Shown: positions 51,116 through 60,964 of the stretch, piece after piece
Layout of the letters: each line of letters begins with the position of its first letter
Position numbering within the stretch: the stretch's first letter is position 1
Assembly: GCA_965261055.1 (NCBI GenBank)
Contig: OZ253440.1
Location: forward strand, 625,564-689,563
Source of the DNA: Fibrobacteria bacterium
GTDB taxonomy: Bacteria; Fibrobacterota; Fibrobacteria; UBA11236; JADFYW01
Direction: 5' to 3'
DNA length: 64,000 bases
Notes under the pieces: generated by a model
What the model saw: only the letters and a program-made list of their open reading frames with translations
Told to the model about the DNA's origin: nothing
Database searches by the model: none
Program-made: the position numbers and the translations under genes

Positions 51116-52183
51116 TTAAATTTCAAATTTCTGCATGACTTCTACTAATCTGTGAATACCGTCTAAAGGCATTGCATTATAAATAGACGCTCTAAAACCT
51201 CCTGTAGATCGATGACCTTTTATTCCACCAATTCCATTTTTTGTTACAAAATCGATAAAATTAGCTTCTTTTTCTTTGTTTTTTAAAGTAAAAGTAACAT
51301 TCATTTGAGATCTATTTTCCAATGCTACATTATTTTCAAATAAAGGATTTGAGTCTATTTCTTTATAAAGAAGTTTAGCTTTTTCAATATTTATTTTTTC
51401 AATACTATTAACTCCTCCTTGAGATTTTAGCCATTTCAATGTCTCCAAAACAACATAAATTGAAAATACAGGAGGTGTATTTAACATTGACTCACTTTTA
51501 ATATGTAAACGATAATCCAAAATTGCTGGAATAGGACGTGTTGTTTTCCCTAAAATAGATTCTTTTACAATTACAATCGTTACTCCAGCAGTACCCATAT
51601 TTTTCTGAGCCCCTGCATAGATTAAATCAAAATCTTTTACAGCTATTTTACGACTAAAAATATCAGAAGACATATCTGCAATTAGAGGAACTCCCACCTT
51701 AGGAAATTTATGATACTGGGTACCGTAAATTGTATTATTAGTAGTAATATGTACATAACGAGCATCCTTAGGAATAGATAAATTTTTAGGAATAAATGTA
51801 AAACCTTTTTCTTTAGAAGATCCTATTTCAACAGATTGTGAAATTATTTGAGCTTCTTTAATCGCTTTTTGAGACCAAACACCAGTATTTACATAAGCAC
51901 CAACTTCATCTTGATTTAACAAATTAAAAGGTATCATACAAAATTGTTGACTCGCTCCACCCTGTAAAAAAATAACTTGATATCCTTCTGGAATCTCTAA
52001 TTGATCTTTTATTAACTCTGTAGCTTCACTTACCATATTAATTATGGGCTTACTTCGATGTGACATTTCTAAAATAGACAAAGAACTTAAATCATATTCT
52101 AGACAGACCTGAGAGGCTTTTTGGAAAACTTCCAAAGGTAAAATTGCTGGACCAGCACTAAAATTAAATATTTTTGATTTCAT
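51116..52183 (-). CDS. serC: Phosphoserine aminotransferase
   Basis: 355 aa of aminotransferase class V fold, with a PLP Lys region (...AGAQKNMGTAG...). Confidence 0.9.
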   Translation of the reverse strand: MKSKIFNFSAGPAILPLEVFQKASQVCLEYDLSSLSILEMSHRSKPIINMVSEATELIKDQLEIPEGYQVIFLQGGASQQFCMIPFNLLNQDEVGAYVNTGVWSQKAIKEAQIISQSVEIGSSKEKGFTFIPKNLSIPKDARYVHITTNNTIYGTQYHKFPKVGVPLIADMSSDIFSRKIAVKDFDLIYAGAQKNMGTAGVTIVIVKESILGKTTRPIPAILDYRLHIKSESMLNTPPVFSIYVVLETLKWLKSQGGVNSIEKINIEKAKLLYKEIDSNPLFENNVALENRSQMNVTFTLKNKEKEANFIDFVTKNGIGGIKGHRSTGGFRASIYNAMPLDGIHRLVEVMQKFEI

Positions 52184-52200
52184 TTTACTCTCACTTTTGA

Positions 52201-52605
52201 CTAAGAATTAGCCTTTGATAATTGATAACTTACTTTAGCAGTAGTAAAAATTCCACCCCTTGCATTGAACACACCTTGCACAAACATTTGAATTGGATTG
52301 CATGACTGAACACAATCATTCAAAACACGATTGACTACATGTTCATGAAAAATTCCAACATCTCTAAAATTCAATAAATATTCTTTAAAGCTTTTAAGCT
52401 CTAAACATTGTTCTTTCGGAACATACTCTATAATCAGAGTGGCAAAATCAGGAAGACCTGTCTTAGGACATACACATGTAAATTCAGGTATAGAAATTGT
52501 AATTAAAGATTTGCTGTACGGGTATTGAAACTCCCAAGACTCTATTTTTGGAGTTTCTAAATGAACTACATTAGCTTGTAAACCTTCATATTTCCCTTCT
52601 ACCAC
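52201..52605 (-). CDS. queF: NADPH-dependent 7-cyano-7-deazaguanine reductase (unimodular type I QueF)
   Basis: 134 aa with the QueF catalytic Cys motif EFTCVCPKTGLPDF and a conserved E(78)/H motif region (GIFHEH). Confidence 0.85.
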   Translation of the reverse strand: MVEGKYEGLQANVVHLETPKIESWEFQYPYSKSLITISIPEFTCVCPKTGLPDFATLIIEYVPKEQCLELKSFKEYLLNFRDVGIFHEHVVNRVLNDCVQSCNPIQMFVQGVFNARGGIFTTAKVSYQLSKANS

Positions 52606-52657
52606 AAAAACCTCTTTCTAGCCAAAAATAGAAAAAGCTCTTATCTGTTCCAATCAA

Positions 52658-53911
52658 TTAAAGCTGTTCTAAAGAGAAAAAAGCTTGTTCTCCTGTCTCC
52701 ATATTTTTAACTTCATATTGATTTTTTTTAGCCCGCTCTTCAGAGTAAAAAATAACTTTTTTAGCCCCACTATATTCAGCTAAACTCATCTGTTTTCTTA
52801 ATTTTCGATCAAGTAAAACATGAGAGACAGACAACTTTTTAAAACGTAGCCGTTGAGCTAGCAGAAATAAGCTACTATCTATTTTATCTAAACCAACAAT
52901 ATAATAATCTAAAGTTTTAGTAATAGGTCTAAACAACTTTCTATCGCTTAATAAATCAGAAAGGACAACATCTCCCATACCAAAGCCAACACCATTTATT
53001 TCTTGTTTACCCAGCTGACCACAAAGATTTTGGTAACGACCACCACCAGCAATAGCCCTCATTGATTTTTTCGTGTCAAAAACCTCAAAAACAATACCTG
53101 TATAATAAGCTAAACCTCGAACTACAGATAAATCTAAGTGGATATAGCTACCCAAACCTATCTCGTTAAAAGTTTTAGTAATCTCTTTTAAATCAAATAA
53201 CTGTTCTTCTACAATCTTAGAAAAAACACTTAAATCATCTACTGTTTTACAGTCAAAAAATTTCTCTACCTTCTCTAACTGTTTTTCTGTTAAACCTACT
53301 TTTAAAAATTCTTTATTAAAATCATTTATAGATAGCTTTGTTTTTTTATCTAAAATACTATATATTTTCTGATGCAATTCTTGTGGTATGATTAGTTCTT
53401 CAAATAAAGCTTCAAACAAACGACGATCTGATATCCCTATTTTAAAATCACTTTGTGAAAGTCCAAACCAACGTAACAGATCAATCACAGACATTAACAA
53501 ATCTATTTCAGCCCAAACGGAATCGCAACCAATAATGTCCATATTTAGCTGATAAAATTCCCTCAATCGTCCTTTTTGAGCCCTTTCATAGCGTTGTAAT
53601 CTCGGAATTGAAAACCAACGCAAAGGTAATTTAAGACTTGACACCTTATACGCAACCATTCTTGCTAAAGTTGGCGTCATTTCTGGTCTTAATGCGAGAT
53701 CTCTATTGCCTTTATCTTTAAAACTATAAAGTTGAGATACTATCTCTTCCCCAGATTTTAAGGTATAAAGATCTAAATTTTCAAAGGAAGGAGATTCATA
53801 TTCCTCGTAACCATACGAACATGCACTTTGCTTCCAACCTTCAAAGATATAATTCTGAATGGCCATATCCTGTGGATAAAAATCCCGAGTACCTTTAGGT
53901 GCCTGTATCAT
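52658..53911 (-). CDS. hisS: Histidine--tRNA ligase
   Basis: 417 aa of class II aaRS, with motifs 1-3 (RPEMTP..., GGGRY...) and a C-terminal anticodon-binding domain. Confidence 0.9.
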   Translation of the reverse strand: MIQAPKGTRDFYPQDMAIQNYIFEGWKQSACSYGYEEYESPSFENLDLYTLKSGEEIVSQLYSFKDKGNRDLALRPEMTPTLARMVAYKVSSLKLPLRWFSIPRLQRYERAQKGRLREFYQLNMDIIGCDSVWAEIDLLMSVIDLLRWFGLSQSDFKIGISDRRLFEALFEELIIPQELHQKIYSILDKKTKLSINDFNKEFLKVGLTEKQLEKVEKFFDCKTVDDLSVFSKIVEEQLFDLKEITKTFNEIGLGSYIHLDLSVVRGLAYYTGIVFEVFDTKKSMRAIAGGGRYQNLCGQLGKQEINGVGFGMGDVVLSDLLSDRKLFRPITKTLDYYIVGLDKIDSSLFLLAQRLRFKKLSVSHVLLDRKLRKQMSLAEYSGAKKVIFYSEERAKKNQYEVKNMETGEQAFFSLEQL

Positions 53912-53949
53912 CTAATCGCTACCTCTTAATACTTATTTCATTAAGTAAT

Positions 53950-56538
53950 TTAATTCTTACGATTGTGCCACCATAAAACAAACGGAGAAGCAACTCCCAC
54001 AGAAGAATATGTACCAACGACAACACCTATAATCATCGCAATTGCAAAATTACAAACAGCATCTCCCCCAAATATAGCTAGGAAAACAACAACGATTAAT
54101 GTTGTGAATGTTGTAATAATCGTTCTTGATAAAGATTGATTTATAGAATCATTAATTTGAACGATATACTTTTGCTTCCCAGAAAGATCTGTGTTTTCTC
54201 GAATACGGTCAAAAATAACAATTGTATCATTTAGAGAGTAACCTACTATAGTTAGACAAGCCGCAACAAAAATCAAAGATATTTCAAAATCTAATAAACC
54301 AAAAATGGCCCAAGTAACTAAAATATCATGAAACAAAGCAACAACAGCAGCTAGACCAAAACCTAAACCATTACGACCAAAACGAACCCAAATATAAATA
54401 ATAATCAAAACTAAAGCCATCAAGAAAGACTTCAAGGCACTCCATTGTAAACCTTTACCAATTCGAGGTCCTACAAAATCTTGACCCACTATTTTAGCTT
54501 GAGAACCTAATGCTTCTTGAATTTTTTCTGCTAAAATTCTTTCTTTAGAATTAAGAGTAATTAAGGCTTTTTGTTCACCTTGAGATCCTATAGAGCGAAC
54601 AACCGCTTCTATTCCTTTTTCCCTCAAATTTTGAGATATTTCTTTTCTATCAATATCTTGTTCAAAAACAACTTCATAAACTTGTCCACCTTTGAAATCA
54701 ACACCCCAATTAAATCCACCTTTCACAAAGATAATGTATACAAAACTCACTGCAATAAATGTAATAGAAATAAAAACAAATACCTTTGTTTTAGACATCC
54801 AAGTAAATTTAGGTTGACGCAAAAATTTAGGACCCTTTCCTATAGACAAAGTATTTACATTCAATTTATTTAAAATCAATTCAAATACTAAACGCGTCAC
54901 AACTAAAGATGTGAACATAGATGCCCCTATTCCTAGCATCAGTGTCAAACCAAAACCTCGAATAGGCCCTGATCCTATATTGTACAAGACAAGTGCAGTT
55001 CCAAATGTTGTTATATTAGAATCAAAAATTGTAGAGAAAGCTTTTTTATAACCAAATTCCAAAGCATTACGAACAGATCTACCCTGAGCTAATTCTTCTC
55101 GAATTCTTTCAAAGATAATCACATTAGAATCCACAGCCATCCCAATAGTTAGAATAATACCAGCAATTCCTGGCAAAGTCAGAGTAGCATGGAACATACT
55201 AAGCAAAGCACCAACAATTAACAAATTAAAAACTAAGGCAAGGTTAGCAACTAGACCAGAACCAAAATAGTATAACAGCATAAAAACAACAACAAGAACG
55301 AAAGCCCATATTGCTGCAGTTAAACCTTTTGAAATATTTTCAGATCCTAAAGATGGACCAACCGAACGAAGCTCTACAATGTCCATTTTAGTCGGTAGAG
55401 AACCAGCTCTTAAAGTTGTCGCTAGCAACTTAGCTTCTTTAAAATCAGATAAACCTGTAATAGAAGCCCGCCCTTGAGTAATTTTACCTTGTATCTCAGG
55501 AGCTGAATAAACGACTGAATCTAAAACAATTGCTAAACGACGACCAATATTCGCACCAGTTATACGACTAAACTCTTTTGAACCTTTACCCTTAAAAGTA
55601 AGGCTTACATCAATTTGACCCGTTGAATTACGTCCAGGACCAGCATCAGAAATATATTTACCACTCATTTCCGCTCTACTTTTTAAGTAAAAAAGAGGTT
55701 TAATTTTATCACCTGTTTGTAGAATAGAAGTTACCTTTCCCCAAAGAATTTGATAACGCTTAGGAATCAATTTTTTAATTTCAGGACGCGATAATATCTG
55801 TTGCACTTTATATTCATTTTTAAGGTTTACACCGACTGTTCCGTTTGGTAAACCAACCAACAATGACCCAAAAGGACGCTTTTTAAATTCATCCAAAGTT
55901 TCTTTCGTATTCGCTTCAGTACCAGTCTCTTGAGACTTATTATCTATTCCAAATAAATCTTCAATTTGCGAATCTTCCTTCTTTTTAGATTTGTTTACTG
56001 CAATCTTGCCCTTTTTCTTGTTTTTACTAGATGTTTTTTCCATTTTTAAAAAATTGTCAATGCGATCTAAAAGAGTTTTAAATTCTGAAACCTCACTCAA
56101 AAGTTTAAACTCCAATAAAGCCGTTGCTCCAATCAAGCGACGAGCCTCCTCGGCATTAACTCCAGCTAATTCAGCAACAATACGGTTAGAACCCGATTTC
56201 CGAATAATAGGTTCGCTAAGTCCAAATTGGTCAACACGATTACGGATAATTTCCAAAGAGCGATCGAGTAAATCACTACTTTCACCTGCATCTAGAGATT
56301 TGCTATTATCAACCTCTACAATCATGTGTGTACCACCTGATAAATCTAAACCTAATGCCATTGCTTTGCTTGCAATTTCAGGGTTTTCTTTCTTAAAGAT
56401 CGTACGTCTTTGTTCATTAAGAGATTTATCATGATCTTGAGGAACAGATAAAACTTGAATTGTAGGGATCAGTGTATAAACAGACAAAGCTAAAATACCC
56501 AAGACAATAAGTGTTTTAAAACCATATTTTTTCTTCAT
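53950..56538 (-). CDS. secDF: Protein translocase subunit SecDF (fused SecD-SecF)
   Basis: 862 aa in a single ORF. There are two 6-TM modules, each with a large periplasmic loop, and SecD/SecF conserved TM motifs (e.g. GMAVDSNVIIFERIRE..., DTIVIFDRIREN...). Confidence 0.9.
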   Translation of the reverse strand: MKKKYGFKTLIVLGILALSVYTLIPTIQVLSVPQDHDKSLNEQRRTIFKKENPEIASKAMALGLDLSGGTHMIVEVDNSKSLDAGESSDLLDRSLEIIRNRVDQFGLSEPIIRKSGSNRIVAELAGVNAEEARRLIGATALLEFKLLSEVSEFKTLLDRIDNFLKMEKTSSKNKKKGKIAVNKSKKKEDSQIEDLFGIDNKSQETGTEANTKETLDEFKKRPFGSLLVGLPNGTVGVNLKNEYKVQQILSRPEIKKLIPKRYQILWGKVTSILQTGDKIKPLFYLKSRAEMSGKYISDAGPGRNSTGQIDVSLTFKGKGSKEFSRITGANIGRRLAIVLDSVVYSAPEIQGKITQGRASITGLSDFKEAKLLATTLRAGSLPTKMDIVELRSVGPSLGSENISKGLTAAIWAFVLVVVFMLLYYFGSGLVANLALVFNLLIVGALLSMFHATLTLPGIAGIILTIGMAVDSNVIIFERIREELAQGRSVRNALEFGYKKAFSTIFDSNITTFGTALVLYNIGSGPIRGFGLTLMLGIGASMFTSLVVTRLVFELILNKLNVNTLSIGKGPKFLRQPKFTWMSKTKVFVFISITFIAVSFVYIIFVKGGFNWGVDFKGGQVYEVVFEQDIDRKEISQNLREKGIEAVVRSIGSQGEQKALITLNSKERILAEKIQEALGSQAKIVGQDFVGPRIGKGLQWSALKSFLMALVLIIIYIWVRFGRNGLGFGLAAVVALFHDILVTWAIFGLLDFEISLIFVAACLTIVGYSLNDTIVIFDRIRENTDLSGKQKYIVQINDSINQSLSRTIITTFTTLIVVVFLAIFGGDAVCNFAIAMIIGVVVGTYSSVGVASPFVLWWHNRKN

Positions 56539-56568
56539 TTAAATACCTTTTCAAAAAATAAAATAAGT

Positions 56569-56645
56569 TGGGGTGAAAGATGGGACTTGAACCCACGACC
56601 AGCGATACCACAAACCGCTACTCTACCAACTGAGCTACATCCACC
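56569..56645 (-). tRNA. tRNA-His (anticodon GUG) with encoded G-1 and 3' CCA
   Basis: The reverse complement is G-GTGGATG-TA-GCTC-AGTTGGTA-GAGT-A-GCGGT-TTGTGGT-ATCGC-TGGTC-GTGGG-TTCAAGT-CCCAT-CTTTCAC-C-CCA. The anticodon loop is TTGTGGT (GTG). The extra 5' G pairs with C73, which is diagnostic of tRNA-His. There is one U6-U67 mismatch. Confidence 0.85.
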
Positions 56646-56781
56646 ACAATACAGAACTCAAATTAGCTTTGCTAGAGCATCTTGACAAGGGAAAAATATT
56701 TCTATTAACAAAAATAAACTTTTTAACTTATTTCACAAAAACTTTCTACCTAACTTTCTACCTAAGAATCATTAAATCTAT

Positions 56782-56816
56782 TGACACACATGTTTGGTAT
56801 ACGTAGATTGTTCTTG
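56782..56816 (+). promoter_or_regulatory. Sigma70-like promoter candidate for groES-groEL (TTGACA - 17 bp - TAGATT)
   Basis: A perfect -35 hexamer TTGACA at 56782-56787, a 17-bp spacer, then TAGATT. It lies ~75 bp upstream of the groES ATG. No CIRCE inverted repeat is present. Confidence 0.35.
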
Positions 56817-56892
56817 ATTTTTGATTAGGCTTTCTTAATTCATTAATTTAAAAATCAAAAACAAGTTTAATACTTAATCATATAGGAGTAAA

Positions 56893-57180
56893 ATGATGAT
56901 AAAACCTTTAGCTGATCGCATTGTAATTGAGGCACTTGATGCTGAACAAAAAACTGCCAGTGGACTTTATATTCCAGAAACTGCTCAAGAAAAGCCTCAA
57001 AAGGGCAAGATTATTTCTGTTGGTATAGGTCGCATGTCCGAATCTGGTCAGATTATTAAAATGGAAGTTACCAAAGGTGATACAGTCCTTTATGGGAAAT
57101 ATTCTGGTACTGAAGTTTCTGAAGGGAATAAAACTTATCTAATTGTCAAAGAAAGTGACATTCTAGCAATTATCTCTTAA
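56893..57180 (+). CDS. groES: Co-chaperonin GroES
   Basis: 95 aa ([13 protein letters not shown]...[14 protein letters not shown]...). It lies immediately upstream of groEL. Confidence 0.95.
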   Translation: MMIKPLADRIVIEALDAEQKTASGLYIPETAQEKPQKGKIISVGIGRMSESGQIIKMEVTKGDTVLYGKYSGTEVSEGNKTYLIVKESDILAIIS

Positions 57181-57245
57181 CTGATTTATTTAAAACTTTA
57201 ACATATAAAACTTTAACATATTTTTACAAAAAGGAAATTAATCTT

Positions 57246-58892
57246 ATGTCTAAACAAATTATTTTTGACAACCAAGCTCGTGCTGCTCTAAAGAAAGGTG
57301 TTGATACACTTACAAATGCAGTTAAAGTTACATTAGGTCCTAAAGGTCGAAATGTCGTTATTTCTAAAAGCTTCGGTTCTCCAGCTATTACAAAAGACGG
57401 AGTTTCAGTTGCTAAGGAGATTGAACTTGAAGATCCCTATGAGAACATGGGTGCTCAAATGCTAAAAGAAGTCGCTTCAAAAACCTCTGATGTGGCTGGT
57501 GACGGAACAACAACAGCTACAGTTTTAGCTCAAGCAATTTATACTGAAGGACTAAAAAATGTCACTGCAGGTGCAAGCCCAATTGAATTAAAAAGAGGTA
57601 TTGATTTAGCAGCTTCTAAAGCTGTTGAATCCATCAAAAATGCAGCTAAAAAAGTTAAAAACAATAGTGAGATATCGCAGGTTGCAACTATTTCTGCTAA
57701 TAACGATGAAGAAATTGGAAGACAAATTGCTGAAGCTATGGAAAAGGTAGGCAAAGATGGTGTTATTACCGTAGAAGAAGCTAGAGGTACTCAAACAGAG
57801 GTTCATACTGTTGAGGGTATGCAATTCGATCGTGGTTACTTATCTCCTTATTTCGTAACGAATACTGAAAAAATGGAAACACATTTAGACAATCCATTTA
57901 TTCTACTTTATGATAAAAAAATTAGTTCAATGAAGGATCTTCTACCTGTTTTAGAAAAGACAACACAATCTGGTCGTGGTCTTATCATTATTGCTGAAGA
58001 CATTGATGGTGAAGCTCTTGCAACTCTTGTTGTAAATAAACTGCGTGGTACTCTTAAAATTTGTGCAGTCAAAGCCCCTGGTTTTGGCGACCGTCGCAAA
58101 GCAATGTTAGAAGACATAGCTATCCTGATTGGTGCTAAAGTTATTTCCGAAGAAACTGGTTTGAAGCTTGAAAGCACTGAAGTGACAGACTTAGGTAGTG
58201 CTAAATCTGTTGTTGTTGACAAAGAAAATACAACTATTGTTGAGGGATCTGGAAAATCAATAGAAATAAAAAGTCGTGTTTCTCAAATTAAAAGGCAAAT
58301 AGATGAAACTACATCTGACTATGATAAAGAAAAACTTCAAGAAAGACTTGCTAAACTTGCAGGTGGTGTGGCTGTTATACAAGTAGGTGCAGCAACAGAA
58401 GCTGAAATGAAAGAGAAAAAGGATCGTGTTGATGATGCTTTAGCCGCAACTCGTGCCGCTGTAGAAAGTGGAATTGTTGCTGGTGGTGGTGTCGCAGCAA
58501 TTCGTGCTGCAAACTCTCTTGAAAAATTCACTTTAGAAGGTGATCAACAAATTGGAATTGATATCGTTAGAAAAGCTTTAGAAGCTCCTTTAAGACAGAT
58601 TGTCGCTAATTCTGGTGAAGAACCTCCCGTCATTGTTGATGAAGTTAAAAAGGGAAAAGATGATTATGGCTACAATGCCCGTACTGGAAAGTATACAAAA
58701 CTTATTAGTGCTGGAGTCATTGATCCTGCCAAAGTGACGATGACCGCAATTACAAATGCAGCATCCATTTCTGGATTGTTATTAACAACAGACTGTTTAA
58801 TTGCCGATAAAAAAGAAGATAAACCAGCTACTGTTGCTCCAGATATGAGTGGTATGGGTGGCGGTATGGGTGGTATGGGTGGAATGATGTAA
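57246..58892 (+). CDS. groEL: Chaperonin GroEL (Hsp60)
   Basis: 548 aa with AAVEEGIVAGGG and [11 protein letters not shown] motifs and a C-terminal GGM repeat tail ([12 protein letters not shown]). Confidence 0.97.
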   Translation: MSKQIIFDNQARAALKKGVDTLTNAVKVTLGPKGRNVVISKSFGSPAITKDGVSVAKEIELEDPYENMGAQMLKEVASKTSDVAGDGTTTATVLAQAIYTEGLKNVTAGASPIELKRGIDLAASKAVESIKNAAKKVKNNSEISQVATISANNDEEIGRQIAEAMEKVGKDGVITVEEARGTQTEVHTVEGMQFDRGYLSPYFVTNTEKMETHLDNPFILLYDKKISSMKDLLPVLEKTTQSGRGLIIIAEDIDGEALATLVVNKLRGTLKICAVKAPGFGDRRKAMLEDIAILIGAKVISEETGLKLESTEVTDLGSAKSVVVDKENTTIVEGSGKSIEIKSRVSQIKRQIDETTSDYDKEKLQERLAKLAGGVAVIQVGAATEAEMKEKKDRVDDALAATRAAVESGIVAGGGVAAIRAANSLEKFTLEGDQQIGIDIVRKALEAPLRQIVANSGEEPPVIVDEVKKGKDDYGYNARTGKYTKLISAGVIDPAKVTMTAITNAASISGLLLTTDCLIADKKEDKPATVAPDMSGMGGGMGGMGGMM

Positions 58893-58915
58893 TTGACCCT
58901 ACTCTCCGATTCTTT

Positions 58916-58950
58916 TAAAAAGCCTTTTCTTTATTGAAAAGGCTTTTTTC
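58916..58950 (+). terminator. Rho-independent terminator after groEL (AAAAGCCTTTTC-TTTATTG-AAAAGGCTTTT followed by TTCTC)
   Basis: A perfect 10-12 bp inverted repeat (agccttttc / gaaaaggct) followed by a T-run, 24 nt after the groEL stop. Confidence 0.65.
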
Positions 58951-59047
58951 TCTAGCATAAGTAAAATTTTACCCAAGTATTATAATAAATCAATGTTATA
59001 TTATTTTTGCTCTCTAAAAAATTTTGAGCAATAAAATAAACTTTCAG

Positions 59048-59248
59048 CTAATTCCTTAGCAAATTTCCATTTTGCTTTTCGGCATAAAAAATCGACATAG
59101 CATTTAAAATTCTAGGGTTTTGAGGTTCTTTTTCTATTCCCAATAACAAATGTTTTTCAGCATTTTCCAAATCACCTTTACTTTGATAAACTAATAATAA
59201 GTTATAGAGCATCTTTAAATCATAAGTCAAAAAATAAGCTTGTTTCAA
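59048..59248 (-). pseudogene. Short TPR-like fragment (66 aa), probably a gene remnant
   Basis: YNLLLVYQSKGDLENAEKHLLLGIEKEPQNPRILNAMSIFYAEKQ looks like one to two TPR units. It is isolated, with no upstream or downstream continuation, inside a 2 kb non-coding stretch. Confidence 0.3.
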
Positions 59249-60964
59249 GTGAAAATAGAGTTATCCCAATCTTTCTTTTGAGTATAAAACAATCCTAAAA
59301 AAACCAACCTTCAAAATACAAAGGTGTTAATTACATCACTTCTTTCAAATAAAAAAATTGCAAAATCTAGTTTCCTTTGGCTTAAATAAATATGTACTAA
59401 ACTAATTTTGGAAAATTTGGAAAAATCAAAAGCACTATCTAATTTAAAGATTTTAGATAGTAATGTTTAGCTGAGTCTTTTTTATTTTAAGTTTGATAAT
59501 ATGCTCCATATTAATTAACCCATTAGGAGCATCTTGATGCTCCATAAGATAATCTACAAATTCTTTTTTCTTGCTTTAAAAACAAATCTCTTTGTCTTTT
59601 AGATAATGTAGTTTGAATTATTGAGTTGATATATTTAGCAGCTTGAATTCAAACCAAACGAATAAAATCTACTAACAAAGAAGTCAATAAAGATTTGTTT
59701 TTTACAGAGGAATTCAAACTAGGTCAACATAACAAACTAGCAAAGCAAATAAAAGAGCCTTTATTCTGTGTAAACACTTAACACAATATTATTTAATTCT
59801 AAAGTATATTTGAACCGAAATTTGAGATAATGTGATGTCCTAATAAATGGAGTAATTAGGATATCTTAATTAAATCAATCATACTAGCTTGGTTCTTTTT
59901 GTTCATTCTATTTTTTAAAAATTATACAAAACTTCTCTCATAAAATGTCTCTCCATTACAGTTTTTTGTTTCTGAAGAATACCAATTTTTAAATTGTTTA
60001 CTTGCTCATTGGTAATCTTTACTTTTGTGACATTGTATACAAACATGATTCCAAGTTTATCTCCCTTTCTTCCAATGATACCAATCTGTTTCGGATACTA
60101 CTTGATCAATGATTAATGAGTACCATTGCTTTTTTTGATTGCCCCAAGCTATTGTTAAATTTTATAGTCTTCCTTTTTAAAATTCAATTAAATATTGTTG
60201 TAACGGATAATCTCCAAAAATATATTTTACTTCAAAAAATCAGCAGGAAAAGTATCTCTTTGTAATTTAGTCCAAAATTTTTGTAATTTAATCCAAAAAG
60301 CAGAATTTTAAAAAAAGTATATACTACTACATCGTGATTAGTATAAACTGTACTATCAAATTAGCTATCACCGTACTTGAATTAGCAACTTCCATAGAAC
60401 TTTTTATAACCAAATTCAAAACCATTCTTTATATTCCTTTTTATGGCATTCTTGACAGGAAATAATTTATTTTTTAATAAACTCTATTATATCTACAGAA
60501 CAATCTCAACAAAGATTTTCTACCATTTCATGGTGTATAGTATATATTTCTAATTTTAATTTATAAATTCAAACAAATTATACCTTAGCCTACGATTTTC
60601 CTAGCTATCTAGATTACTTTAAAATAGGTTACAAATCATATAATAAATAATACTACTCGTACCTTTCCCTACTATTAAGTTTAAGCTTTTCTAATATTGG
60701 TTAATGAATTAAGCTATAAGCCAAACTTCTTATTTCTTATCTCGGAGTATCATTCGGTTTGTTCTATAGGTGTTCTTAATAATTCTATAATTAAACATAT
60801 AGTTTTAAAAAACATCTTACTCAAGAGATTTACTTTTTATACTACTTCTTTAATCAAAACAGTTTACTTGTTAAAAAATGAATCATCTAACATTAGTCTC
60901 ATTTTACTAGCTTGATAAACTAAAATCATACATTTATCTAAAGCATCTTCTAATAAATGTTAGT

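Noticed and set aside
56700-56892. CIRCE/HrcA operator upstream of groES
   Set aside because: I searched for TTAGCACTC-N9-GAGTGCTAA and degenerate variants, and none is present.
57539-58531. Several minus-strand ORFs (71-104 aa)
   Set aside because: All lie inside groEL on the opposite strand. Their Ala/Ser-rich translations are the mirror of the groEL GC-richer codons.
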